Assembly: GCA_964016885.1 (NCBI GenBank)
Contig: OZ024742.1
Location: forward strand, 216,380,001 to 216,444,000
Length of the DNA stretch: 64,000 nucleotides
Direction: 5' to 3'
From: Eledone cirrhosa
Lineage: Eukaryota
Made by a program: the position numbers and the translations under genes. This document shows positions 28,716-40,081 of this stretch, piece after piece. The notes under the pieces were generated by a model that was not told the origin of the DNA, did no database searches, and saw only the letters and a list, made by a program, of their open reading frames with translations. The stretch's first letter is position 1; each line of letters begins with the position of its first letter.

Positions 28716-28879
28716 GATATAGATAGGTAAATATACACGCGTGTGTATAGAAGATTATATTAATAAGAGGAATTCCAACTTTGTCTGATTTACTCGTTTT
28801 ATTTACAATCCTTTAAAATATATATAATATGGTATTATAATGAAATACTATGATAGAATATTAAATTCTAAGTGTTAAT

Positions 28880-28918
28880 TGAACAAGTACTTTCATGCTT
28901 TCGCAATCTTCAGGTTCA
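28880..28918 (-). ncRNA. Minimal type I hammerhead ribozyme in the PLE 3' UTR/pLTR
   Basis: tgaac-CTGAAGA-t.tgc.gaaa.gca.t-GAAA-gtac-TT-gttca; palindromic stem III AGTACT. Confidence 0.85.
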
Positions 28919-29224
28919 TGATATGTGGTGACAGTCGAGTTTACAATTTTCAACTGTAATGAGATGGGTAAATTTACTACCTTTTATACATTTTATACAA
29001 AGAAAAGTGGCTCCAGAATGCAAAGCCCTGTAAACTGTATTTCGACCAATCAGTGTGTAGTTTCACTGAATTACTACAGGTGATTGCTTTAAGCGTCACG
29101 GCTGGTTGAGCATGCTAACGACCAATAGTCATACCCAACGTATCAATTGTTTTGCTTTTTGAAATGATGAAAATACCATTTTCTATTAATTATCACCATC
29201 AACATCACTTTTATTATTATTATT

Positions 29225-29260
<36 letters not shown>

Positions 29261-29307
29261 AGTGGTCGTAGTCATAGTGGTAGTAGAAGTAATACCCCTA
29301 GGCGTTA

Positions 29308-30819
29308 TTATTGTTCATTTAGCTTGGGTTTGAATTTATCAATAAAATTCTTTTCTTTGATTTTTCTCTTGATTTCAGTTGGGCTGTGTAATTTGTAGAA
29401 TGGGAATATTATAAATATTCCCTGACCACATGTTGCCAGGTGGCCGCTTAGGGGTATCTGACGGACATTTGGGTCTCTGATTTGTTGACGGTGTACCCGT
29501 GCACGTTCCGATAGTGCATTTCCAGTTTGACCGACATATAGTTCTTCACAATTCGGGCATTTAATGCAGTAAATTAGATTTCTGCTTTTGCAGTTCATAT
29601 TTGCATTTGGGAATATTTTTCCAGTTTTTGTTTTCATATATTGACCGGCGTGTATGGATTGACATGTGCCGCATCGATTATCATTGCATTTAGATACAGT
29701 GAATGATTGGTCTTTGTTGTTAAGGTCAAACTTTGCTTTTGTTAGCAATTGCTTCAAATTTTTTGGCTGTCTTTTACTAAGAGTCAAAGATCGATCTGTG
29801 ATTAAGCCTTTTAATTCATTACTTTGAGCAATGATCGGTAGGTTTGCTTTGGCAGGGTTGAATATATTCTGGTGACATGGGTTGTGTGTCATTATAAATG
29901 GTATGACCAGTTCTTGGTTTCTTCTTCCTTGGGTTGTTCTAAGTTGTATACGTATTTTTATAGCCCGCTCTATGCCATTTTCTATAAGTAGAGATGGGTA
30001 TTTTTGTTTGAGCAAAAATTCTCTTAGTTCTGTTAGGCGTTTGTACCTGGTATTCGTATCTTCTACAATGGTACAAATTTTTCTGGCTAGGCAGTATGGG
30101 ATGTTGCGTTTTGTATGAGGTGGATGGCACGACTTAAAATTCAGATATTGATGGGTGTCTGTGTGTTTATAATATATATCCGTGGTAATGGTGGTGTCGT
30201 TTTTGATTATCATTATATCTAGGAATGGTAATTTGGTCCTACTCATCTCTTTTGTGAATTGGAGAGATGGGTGTAGGTTATTCAGGAGGATATTGAACTC
30301 ATCCAGAGTATCTAGAGATTCTGTCCAGATGATGAAACAGTCGTCAAGGTATCTCTTCCAAGATTTTTCAATGTACTTTCTAAAGTCAGTACTATATTTT
30401 TCCTCTATTTCTTGGTAGAGTTGTTGTTCTAAGTATCCCATTACAGAGTTCGCGTAAACGGGAGCAAACTTCGTTCCCATCGCTGTGCCTCTAATTTGGA
30501 TGTAATTCTTTCCATTGAAGAAGAAAGTGTTGTTTTCCAGAATAAGTTTAACTGCGTCTAATATAAATGGCGCTGTGAATCGAATGGGAATCACTTCTCT
30601 ATGTTTTTCTACCCAGTATTTAACCGCCTTTATTCCTAAAGCATGTGTAATGTTGGTGTAAAGGCTTACCACATCAACACTGAGTAGAAGTGAATTCGTT
30701 TCCCTGGTTTTGGGAAGATGGGACAGGAAGTCGATATCATCCCGGATGAAACTGGGTATGTGAATACATAGTGGTTTCAAAATAATGTCAACAAAATTGC
30801 TTAGACGTGAGTGGGGCAT
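29308..30819 (-). CDS. PLE reverse transcriptase core/thumb plus GIY-YIG endonuclease (C-terminal part, after a frameshift)
   Basis: SVDVVSLYTNI, QIRGTAMGTKFAP, RYLDDCF, LPFLD, CNDNRCGTC, NLIYCIKCPNCEELYVGQT...RVH...H...E...PKLN. Confidence 0.93.
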   Translation of the reverse strand: MPHSRLSNFVDIILKPLCIHIPSFIRDDIDFLSHLPKTRETNSLLLSVDVVSLYTNITHALGIKAVKYWVEKHREVIPIRFTAPFILDAVKLILENNTFFFNGKNYIQIRGTAMGTKFAPVYANSVMGYLEQQLYQEIEEKYSTDFRKYIEKSWKRYLDDCFIIWTESLDTLDEFNILLNNLHPSLQFTKEMSRTKLPFLDIMIIKNDTTITTDIYYKHTDTHQYLNFKSCHPPHTKRNIPYCLARKICTIVEDTNTRYKRLTELREFLLKQKYPSLLIENGIERAIKIRIQLRTTQGRRNQELVIPFIMTHNPCHQNIFNPAKANLPIIAQSNELKGLITDRSLTLSKRQPKNLKQLLTKAKFDLNNKDQSFTVSKCNDNRCGTCQSIHAGQYMKTKTGKIFPNANMNCKSRNLIYCIKCPNCEELYVGQTGNALSERARVHRQQIRDPNVRQIPLSGHLATCGQGIFIIFPFYKLHSPTEIKRKIKEKNFIDKFKPKLNEQ

Positions 30820-31616
30820 GTTGGACCAGCTATAATAGGTCTAAGTTTTAAGGCTTTTGGGTGTAATAATTTAATGCACTCACTGTTTTGTTCTCTTACT
30901 GCCAGTTGTATTTCTTTTGACTTATGAACTTTCGGTAGGCCATACAGGTTGCTGGGTTTCGGCTCAAAATTGGTGATGTAGTCTCTTTCCTTATCAGTAA
31001 ATGAGTTGTGGTATTTTGAAGCCAGGTTGTTGATCTTCTTCATGATGTTGTGGTCTATATTTGACGGTATTTCATGATAGAATGTTGTGTCTTTCAGTTG
31101 TTCCTCAACCAAATCCTTGTAGTATTCAGTATCCATTATAACAACTGCACCCCCTTTATCTGCTTGTTTAATTATTATTGTTTTATCATTTTGTATACGT
31201 TTAAGTGCAGACATTTCTGATTTGTTAATGTTTGGCCTAACATTAGTATTATGTCTAAGAGGAAATTTAGACAGGATGTCAATGTATTGGTCGAGATAAA
31301 TATTTCTTCCTTTTGGCGGAGTGAAATTTGATTTATTCTTTACTAATGATTCATCACTCTCATTATTTTTATCAGCGAAGAATTCTACAAGACGTAATTT
31401 TCGACAGAATTCTTGGGTATCCTCTTTCAGTTCTTGGTGGTTGACTGTTGGAGTCGGTGTGAATTTCAGTCCTTTTGACAGAATTTGCATTTCATCATTG
31501 TCAAGATCTCTTTTAGATAAATAAATTATTTTAGGATCTACGTGTACAGCTTTTTTGGGTATGTTTCCTCCTGGAGTTTTTCTTTTTCCGGTTTTTGTTG
31601 TCCTGACGTTAAAAAA
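30801..31616 (-). CDS. PLE RT N-terminal region
   Basis: LSKGLKFTPTP, IIIKQADKGGAVVIMD, LYGLPKVHK, LRPIIAG are PLE N-terminal RT motifs. The frame is open upstream of the annotated Met to about 31631. Confidence 0.88.
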   Translation of the reverse strand, partial: FFNVRTTKTGKRKTPGGNIPKKAVHVDPKIIYLSKRDLDNDEMQILSKGLKFTPTPTVNHQELKEDTQEFCRKLRLVEFFADKNNESDESLVKNKSNFTPPKGRNIYLDQYIDILSKFPLRHNTNVRPNINKSEMSALKRIQNDKTIIIKQADKGGAVVIMDTEYYKDLVEEQLKDTTFYHEIPSNIDHNIMKKINNLASKYHNSFTDKERDYITNFEPKPSNLYGLPKVHKSKEIQLAVREQNSECIKLLHPKALKLRPIIAGPTCPTHV

Positions 31617-32140
31617 TGAATTTTTCTCTGTTCAGGATTTATATTCCTGTTGGTGTTCGCTTGATGAACTTTTGGTCGTGATATTATATTTGGTTTCGTT
31701 ATGTATTTTGTCCTATTTTTGGTATTCTGTATATTATTTTTTTTCCTGTTAGCATTATTTTTAACAATCTGGGAAAATGACCTAGGTTTGCTTTCAGGTT
31801 TAGATCGTTTTTTCGTCCAGTTTCTTGTGGGCAATCTCTGTTGAGATCTTGATAGTGATCTGGTTATTCTACGTTTTGTTTCCACATTCCTTGTTGGTAG
31901 TCTCTGTTGAGATCTTGAGAATGATCTCCTGGTTTTACTACTTCTCATGGTCTGGTCAAAGGAATACCTATCGTGTTTGTGCATTTTGTTCATGTTGTGT
32001 GCGATAGGGTGTTTTTGTAGAAAAAGCGAAGAGTTATTACCGTAGTTCTTCTTTGATTCAAGGTAAGGTGAGTGTTTGTGTTGGCACGTGTTCTGGCGTA
32101 TGTTGTGTTGATGAGATTGTCCACTTTTAATGCTTTTTCT
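31538..32140 (-). CDS. PLE upstream ORF, basic RS-rich C-terminal part (continues the 32880 ORF after a frame break)
   Basis: Frame is open from 32140 to the stop at 31538; duplicated SRSQQRLPTRN motif. Confidence 0.55.
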   Translation of the reverse strand, partial: RKSIKSGQSHQHNIRQNTCQHKHSPYLESKKNYGNNSSLFLQKHPIAHNMNKMHKHDRYSFDQTMRSSKTRRSFSRSQQRLPTRNVETKRRITRSLSRSQQRLPTRNWTKKRSKPESKPRSFSQIVKNNANRKKNNIQNTKNRTKYITKPNIISRPKVHQANTNRNINPEQRKIHFLTSGQQKPEKEKLQEETYPKKLYT

Positions 32141-32880
32141 CAGGGTTCTTTACCGTAATTTGCAGCATATTCATCGAGAAATAATTGTTTCTGCTGCCAT
32201 ACCTTTCTTGATTTGTTTTCTTCTTTTGAGATATCTCCGATCCATAGTTCTCGTAGTTTTTCAGCTATAATACCAGTCGTTAGCTTTGAAATTTCAACTT
32301 CAATTTGGTCATCAATAGCTTCATATTTGGCTTTGTAGCGGGATTGTTTACATTCAGAAATGGAGATGTCGGTCCTGAATTTTGTCAATGTAAGTTCCCA
32401 TCGGAGTTTTGTTTCTTCTTCTGGTTCTCCTGCAATTTCTGTAATTAGGTATTTACGAGGGAGTATGGGTGCCGTTAGAGAGAGCCATTTCGAATGTGTT
32501 TCGACATATTTTTCGCATCTGTATGCTTTCCAGAAATTTTGTTTTCTTATGTTAAGGAATTTTTTCCATGTCTTCCACATTTCTTTTCTTATTTGATGTG
32601 TTTTGTTTTCCAAATTTCTTTCGTTTATTTCTGACATCCAAGGGGGTTGTGGTAGGCTTTCTCTTGTATCTTTGATAACTGTTGGTATAATTTCAACTAA
32701 ATTCTTAATTTCAGAGTTTATATGTTCAGTTATAAGTTTTCCGTCTGTAGATTGTTTTTCTATTTCCTTTAAAATAGAGGATTGTGTGTCCATCATCGTG
32801 ATAAGTGTTGATAATTTCGATGATATCTCCTTTAGAATTCTTTCTGATTCTGTTGGTTTCATTTGTTGCTTTCCAGACAT
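32140..32880 (-). CDS. PLE upstream ORF, predicted helical/coiled-coil protein
   Basis: The likely start is MSGKQQ at 32880 in a GCCAACATGT Kozak-like context; about 246 charged, helix-like codons. The 33063 start in the ORF track is (TA)n read-through. Confidence 0.65.
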   Translation of the reverse strand: MSGKQQMKPTESERILKEISSKLSTLITMMDTQSSILKEIEKQSTDGKLITEHINSEIKNLVEIIPTVIKDTRESLPQPPWMSEINERNLENKTHQIRKEMWKTWKKFLNIRKQNFWKAYRCEKYVETHSKWLSLTAPILPRKYLITEIAGEPEEETKLRWELTLTKFRTDISISECKQSRYKAKYEAIDDQIEVEISKLTTGIIAEKLRELWIGDISKEENKSRKVWQQKQLFLDEYAANYGKEP

Positions 32881-32911
32881 GTTGGCATACACACAATAGG
32901 AATATATATAT

Positions 32912-33068
<157 letters not shown>

Positions 33069-34608
33069 GACATATATATATATAAGTGTGTGTGTATGTA
33101 TATATATATATATATAAATATATATATACCTATATATATAGAGAGAGATATATATATAGATATAGATATAGATATAGATATATATATTATACTGCATTCG
33201 TTTTTAAACTAGTTCATTATGCTTGCATAGGTTGTGTATCGAAATGGATAATTTACTGGAGACTTGGGAAATATGCTGTATTTTACATTCAGCAAAGCAA
33301 AGTGGTTAACTGCATTTAACTCCATTTACGTTATTGACATACTAGTAGTAACAGGCGTCCTATTTCGTTGGTCTGTGCAACACATGGAATATACAAACTA
33401 ACGTGGTTGCCTTAAGCGCTGCTAAGTATTCTGCACATGTGTCATTATTAACTACCACTAATATATTTTACAATCCTGCCTAACAATCAAGTACATTTAT
33501 CAAACTCCTAGGTAACTTGGTAATCTACAGAAAATTGTATTGCTAAATTAATTCTCTAAACTTCTACCAATCCCTGCCGTAGGTATTATACATACACTAA
33601 AATTGTCTATGAAAGCAAATTTACTGTATTAAGCTTACGTGTGATAACAAGAATTTTACCGAGTATTCATATATTATTTTATAAAATACCGTATAGAACG
33701 ATATATTTCATTAAAGAACCATTTTCCGATATTTGCGACAATAATATTTCCAAGATCTTTAAATTATATTGAATTTTATATTTTCCTTTTCGTATTACGC
33801 AAAGGAAGAGTAAAAAAATTGCTAAAATTGTATTATAAACATTTGGCCAAGTGGAAGTATAAGATTTATTACTGAGTTAATGGTCTTCAACATGTATGCA
33901 TTTAACAAGTGCCAGCCCCTATTTTCTACAAGGTATCCATTGTTGTGCTTTGATGTTCAGCAAAATAATTTTCATAACAATGCCAATGCATTGGCAATAG
34001 CGTGACACTCAAGACTTAGATACTATAATAAAGATTATTGTTCTGGTGTCCATTCTCGTATATGCAGCTGAAGAAATTTCCTATTCATTACTGACATTCT
34101 TTTATGAGAAATGCAGCTGCATCATTAGTAAAGATATCGCAGTCCATTTATCTATATGTCAAGATAATTAGCTTCTATTTCTCTGCCAGCAATTGTATTT
34201 CTCACCGAACATTATTAACAACTTTAGTTTAGCTCATTCAATAGTCGTCTTCATATGAAATGTTTAATTTCTACAGAGATATTTCCATATCTTTAAACAG
34301 TAATGTTTAAATCATATGTGATTAGCAGGTTCTCTAAAACTGGTGCACATCCCAGAATTGCGACTGAGTTTTCATTTTAATTATAGATATATAGTTTAGA
34401 TGGAGAACTTCATCCTCTGTTCCTTTCACAATGCCTTTTACTTCGCCTTTCTGGTTATTTTTCACGCTGTGGATAAATTTATATGATATGGCGTATTTCA
34501 GACAGCATATTATTGCTATATTTTATTGCAATCTGAGTCATATTTCTCTTAGGGAACTGGTTAAACATAAGTTCTAATTCTCATATTGATTTTATTGTCA
34601 ATATATAT

Positions 34609-34648
<40 letters not shown>

Positions 34649-35125
34649 GCGTGTGTGTGTGTACTATTTCTTAAAAGTATTCCCATATCTTTCTCTTTGA
34701 CATATTTGGGTTTCACAAACGTAATCTTTATTGCGCTTTTTCTTGTATATTTAGTGTGAGTTATATTTCATTGCATATATAATAACATGGCATATCCCGA
34801 TATTTAAGCTGCATAAGGTCAAAACGACATTGCATTTACACTATGTGATTGAAATACGATTGTTTTCTAAAGGGAATAGCCTCATCGAAGGAAATATAGT
34901 GTCCAGCATATCACATGTTCAATGGATTCTAATACAGGAATTCTTTTTATTGACATTAAGGGTAGACTACTATTTATTACGTCCCTCTCCTGATGCTATC
35001 GTATGTATTTTGTTTGGACTTGTAATAACGATAGATGATGCTATTTATCAGTAATTGTTCGTAGGTGCTCCTCTCTATCTGGTGTTGTAGAATCATGCCT
35101 TCCACCTCGTTTATTTGATTAGTTA

Positions 35126-35182
<57 letters not shown>

Positions 35183-35187
<5 letters not shown>

Positions 35188-35445
35188 GAATTGGTGCTCT
35201 GAAATGGCGATATATATATGAATGTATATATAGTGTATTTTGCAATACACTGTATGCTTAATTAAAAGCATTTCGAAGACCTTATGCCATTGTTTTAAAG
35301 TAGTGACAATGTCACTTACTTCAATTTTCAGCAAACAAGGGAGATAAGCTGACATAGCTCTGTTTCGTACTTGTTGGTACTTATCAAAGCTCACCACTCC
35401 TGCTGTTTGCCGAACATTATGAACGTTAGATTCTTATAGAATTCC
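35183..35445 (-). mobile_element. Diverged monomer related to the 310-bp retrozyme unit, with a degenerate hammerhead (35345-35393)
   Basis: Shares tgctctgaaat(g/a)gcgatatata, gaagacct and cttatagaat. Minus strand: tgagct-TTGATAA-gtac.caacaa.gtac-GAAA-ca.gagcta.tg-TC-agctta. Confidence 0.7.
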
Positions 35446-35534
35446 AGTAATAATTGTTTCTACTTTCGACCCCGTAAGGATGAAAGGCAAAGTTAACCAC
35501 GGCAGGATTTGAATTCAGATCATAAAGGGAGGTA

Positions 35535-36628
35535 ATAATCTGAGTACATTCGGAGAATGAGGAGCGTATTAAAATCACGTCTAAATAGTAGGAATGTCAT
35601 AAGTGCAGTGAATTCCGGAGCTGTGTCTATTATTAGGTACAGTGCGGGAATTCTGAAATGGAATGTTGCTCAACAAAAAGAAATGGATAGGAAGACTAGG
35701 AAGCTATTGACTATCTACATGTTCCACAAGAGGAGTGATGTCGATAGACTCTACGTAAAGAGATCTGAAGGTGGAAGAGGTCTTATAGGCATAGAAGACT
35801 GTGTTCAGATGGAGAAAAACAACCTGCTCAAATACGTGACTGGCAGTAGGCAGCCAATGCTCAAAATTATACTGAAGGAGAAGACAATAGACCAGGGTAT
35901 CCAATGAAGAAATAACAACAAGGAGGAAGAGCAACCTTCCTGAAAAATCCCTTCATAGTACCTTCTTTAAGAAAACTGAATTTAGAGAGCCCCAGACATG
36001 GAACTGGTTAAAAAGAGGAGACCTTAAAAGGACTACAGAAGGAATGCTTATGGCTGCGCAAGAGCAGGCCCTCAGAACGAAGTGGCTGAAACACCATATT
36101 TACAAGGAGGAGGCTAGCCCACTGTGTAGGATCTGTGGAGAGAGAGAGGATACTGTGGCTCATATTGTATCTGAGTGTAAACACCTAGCCCAGACTCACT
36201 ATAAAGGCTGGAGACATGATGTGATGGGCAGGGTGATCCACTGGCACCTATGCAAAGTAAACAATTTACCACATTCTGAGAATTGGTATGAGCATAAGCC
36301 AGAGACGGTGATAGAAAACGATCAGGTGAAGGCGCTAAGGGATTTTAGGATACAGACGGATAAGAAATTAGAACACAATAGACCTGACCTGGTGATTTTA
36401 GACAAGGAAAAAATATCGTGCCTTATGGTAGATCTAACCTACCAATTTGACACGAGAGTGCAAGAAAAGGAGAGGGAAAAAATTAACCGATACTACTTAA
36501 ATTGGGAGGTAAAAAGGATTTGGAACTGCCATGAAGTCAAGGTCGTCCCGATTGTCATAGGCGCACTAGGGACTATCTCAAAGAGTTTCCAAGGATGGTT
36601 AAAGAAGATTAGCCCAGCCCGGATTTTG
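35535..36628 (+). mobile_element. R4/Dong-like non-LTR retrotransposon 3' fragment (thumb, CCHC knuckle, restriction-like endonuclease)
   Basis: DVDRLYVKRSEGGRGL, AAQEQALRT, CRICGEREDTVAHIVSEC, RHD, NRPDLVILD, VPIVIGALG; has stops and frameshifts. Confidence 0.85.
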
Positions 36629-39230
36629 GAACACTCCATGCCTGTAGAATTTATCCCGAACTGGCAAATCTCCTCGGTAGCACTGCCAGGACAGGGATTT
36701 CTTCCGAAGAGATTGGCAGCCTTGACGGACCGATCGGGAAACCTGAAACGGTTCCGAGAGGTTGCCATTAATTTTGACCACCGAGCAGGTGCCGCTGTGC
36801 TTTGCAGCGATCCAGCTTCTGAAGACGGGGCCGAAGCCAGCCGCCTTGAGGACAGCCTCCAGGTACCGATGGTCGATCCTATCGAATGCTTTCGATTGAT
36901 CTAAATTGATCAGAGCCCCACCGATGCCAGGTTTACACCCTACCCTCTCTATGATGTATCGCATTAGGTGGAGATTGTCGTGTATGGACCTGGTTTGGAT
37001 TGCGCAAGTTTGCGCCTCCCCCACCAAATTCCCGACGACAAGCGCCAACCTCTTCGCTAACACCCTTGCAAAAATCTTAAACTCTGTGTTGAGCAGAGTT
37101 ATGGGCATGAAATTATCTAATGTGTCCCTCTTGTTCTCGCCTTTCCTTATCAGCGTCATTACGCCCGGCTCACAGAATTGGGAATATTCCCGCTCTGCTG
37201 CCAGTTGCAGTAGAGCGCTTCGAGGAGATTGGAGAACAAGTCTGCCATATGTACGTAAAGCTCGTAGGGCAGACCATCCAAACCGGGTGACTTGTGCCTC
37301 ATGCAACCGACAAGGGCATCCTGAATCTCGCCTTGCGTAGCGCCCAGCGTCGGCCGTCGAGAGTAGTTGCGTCGAGCCATCGAGATAGAGACTGAAGTCC
37401 GCCACCGTCTCTGACACGCCACTTCCCCCGAACAACCGAGCAAAATGTTGGCAAAAGGACTCACACACCGCTTGGAATCGCTCAGCTCGTGTCCGTCTCG
37501 GTCAGTCAAAGACCGAATCGTGGTTTTATTACCACGCTACGTCTCTGCCACGCGGGCCCGTCGAACAGCTTTGGTTGCCTCGTTTCTCGGAGCACGCGCC
37601 TTAGCTTTGACAATGCAACCTTCGTGTTTCGCATTGAAGAAATGGTCTAATGCCATTCTCGCCGCTAGCACGTTAGTTGCAATGCCACTACCAATAGCCT
37701 CGTCTAACTTATCTACCAACTCCCCCTCCTTTCTATTTTTCTCTAACGCTACTTCTTTGCTAAACTCTATCGACATTAATCAAATCTCTCTTTTGAGAGC
37801 CCCTCACCATCTATTGTTTACGACTCCCCCTGTAAACTTTTTCTTAAGTAAATTGTTGACTTGGTTCCTATAAGCCTTACGTGCCGGAAATGACATGTTT
37901 AGCTTCCAGTAACCACGTCCTAACCTACACGTCTTATCTAGGTCGACCATACAGATCACAAACTTGTTTTAAAACGTGGACAGCTTACTCTATTTCTGTC
38001 TATTTTCCTAATGAATATCCTGTCTATATACGATCTAGATGACCCTATGCGGTTAGTCCAGGTCCACACTGGCGCATTAGGGAAATCTAGTCGGTACCTG
38101 TCAGACAGTTGGAACTGACTGATCAGGTTCTTGAGGCTTTTGCACTGCTCGCTCCTATCGGATACTCCCACACAGTCCCAGCATGCATATAAGATGCCGT
38201 TCCAGTCCCCTGCTAACAGTAACGGGCGAGACGTACCCAGAAAGGCTTCCAGGCGTCTAAAGAAGTCTGGCCGTCCTGCCCCAGTAGGAGCGTAGACGGC
38301 CACCAGTCTAAAGGCACCATCTTCATTATTGTTCACGTCCAGGACCACCAACTTCCCGTCGGGTCCCGGAAGATCGACCTTACCTTGAGATCCAGGCCTT
38401 ACCTAAACAACACTGCCACCCCACCTCCCATTCCCGGCCGACTAACAGATGCGAAAACCTGATAGTCGTCGAAAATGGGGGCTAGTACGCGCGTGTCGGA
38501 AATCCTGGTCTCGGTGACGACAATTACATCCATTGTTAGAGACCTAAGGTCGTTGAGCAGGTGACCCTGCTTCCAGGACGATGCCAGGCCTCGAATATTT
38601 AAACTTCCTACTCTTAATACGGCCATGTTGGCAGGTTAAAAGAGAGAGAGGAAAGGTTTACTTACCTTCCAGGCTCTTGTGAAGGTCGGGTGGTTCGACT
38701 TCCATAGTTGGTGGGGTTTCTTTGGGAACCCCTTTAAAAGTCTTGAAGTGGGTTTTATATTCCGGGTTCGCGCGTCCCGGGGAAAGCTGTCTCGTATCTC
38801 TTTGTATAAATCGAGCGACATTCGCACCAGAAACAAATCTTCTGGCACTCGAAATGTGCTCAATTTCAAAATTTCCCCCTCTTTTTGTATATTTTCACTT
38901 CGTGCTACGAGGGCCATCAGTTCCTTGTTGGCCCTCCTGACGAGCACGAAGTGTTGTATGTTTTGTTGGTGTGATTTTATTTGTTTGAGTGGTTGTGCTG
39001 GTGATGGTTTTGGTGGTGTTGTTTTGGTTGTGTCTGTGTTTGTTGTGAGTGCGGTGTCTGTGGTTTCAGATGTTTGTGTGTCTATTTGTTCTTGCGTCTG
39101 TTTAGGTTGTTTGCGTTTGGGGGATTCTGGTGGGGTTGATGTTGGTGTTATTGGAGAGATGTTTGCGTGGGTGGCGTGTGCATTTTTTATTGTGGGTGAT
39201 TTTGTTCTTTGTTAAGTTTTTTTTTCCTTT
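36629..39230 (-). mobile_element. Tx1/L1-clade LINE, internally deleted: ORF1 C-terminus, APE endonuclease, RT N-terminal half
   Basis: VGSLNIRGL...VTET, VAVYAP, LAGDWN, SYIDRIF, KSPGLDGLPYE, PITLLNTEFKI, LDQSKAFDR, SVRQGC, then a jump to LPVRDK; many frameshifts. Confidence 0.88.
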
Positions 39231-39269
39231 TTGTTTTTCCTTTTTTGTAATTTGGGAAATTTTGGTATT

Positions 39270-39411
39270 TCTGGTACTTTATTTTATCGACTCCGTAAGG
39301 ATGAAAGGCAACGTTAACCTCGGCGGGATTTGAACTCTGGCCATAAAGGGCCGTAACTGTTTGCTGCAAAGCATGGCGTCCGCCCTCTACCGATACTGCC
39401 AATCCACCGCC
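39270..39411 (-). mobile_element. tRNA-derived SINE (partial)
   Basis: Family motifs. Confidence 0.8.
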
Positions 39412-39455
39412 CTCAATAATAATACTTAATAATAATAATAATAATAAAAATAATA

Positions 39456-39885
39456 ATGTGTTCTTTATTAACCACAAGGGTTTACATAAAGTAGACATTA
39501 AGGACAGTACAGGACAATACAGGACGGTACAAATGGGCATTTCTGCGTGTAAAAAAAACAGAGGATGTAATAAAAAAATAATAATGAAAAATTCCCCAAT
39601 AGGGGGGAGACTTCCGAGGGACATTTGTGGAGAAAGCCCATTAAAAGGCCACAGTGACCCTGACCACCAGGGCAAGTGCCCTCTTCCAGTTTTCCACCTT
39701 TAATTTACAGACAGATACTCAGAGTAGCCCCATTCACTCGGGCCATACTTGCTTCTCTCACCCATCTTTCAACAAAATGCTGGGAAGAGAGCACTTCCCT
39801 CTCTACCCTGATTTTCCTTTTCAAATGAAATTTGAAAAGGTTAATCAGGGAATCACCGAAGAGGTAAGTGCTCGTCTTCAGCCCT
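39456..39885 (-). mobile_element. 3' end of a Tx1/L1-like LINE (ORF2 end plus 3' UTR)
   Basis: Homologous to about 40085-40485 (gaccaccagggcaag, ttaatcaggg); (AAT)n at both ends. Confidence 0.75.
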
Positions 39886-39911
39886 TAATAATATTAATAA
39901 TAATAATAATA

Positions 39912-40073
39912 ATAATTGTTTCTACTTTTGGCACAAGGCCAGCAATTACCAGTACATTACTGGTACTTTATTTTATCGACCCCGTAAGGATGAAAGGCAA
40001 AGTTAACCCCGGCGGGATTTGAACTCAGATCGTAAAGGGACGTAACTCTATGCTGCAAAACATGGCGCCCGAC
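39912..40073 (-). mobile_element. tRNA-derived SINE
   Basis: Family motifs. Confidence 0.8.
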
Positions 40074-40081
40074 GAGCTGAC

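Larger units (their letters stand above)
28740..32902 (-). mobile_element. Penelope-like retroelement (Neptune-like), near full length, flanked by (TA)n
   Basis: RT and C-terminal GIY-YIG ORFs, Cx4CxxC linker, 3' UTR hammerhead. Confidence 0.92.

Noticed and set aside
32140-32142. TGA as a selenocysteine or readthrough codon in the PLE upstream ORF
   Set aside because: Readthrough meets another TGA about 50 codons later, and continuity needs a frame change instead. No SECIS was identified.
36044-36904. 286-aa ORF as one gene
   Set aside because: It is a chimera of the R4-like endonuclease and antisense Tx1 sequence.
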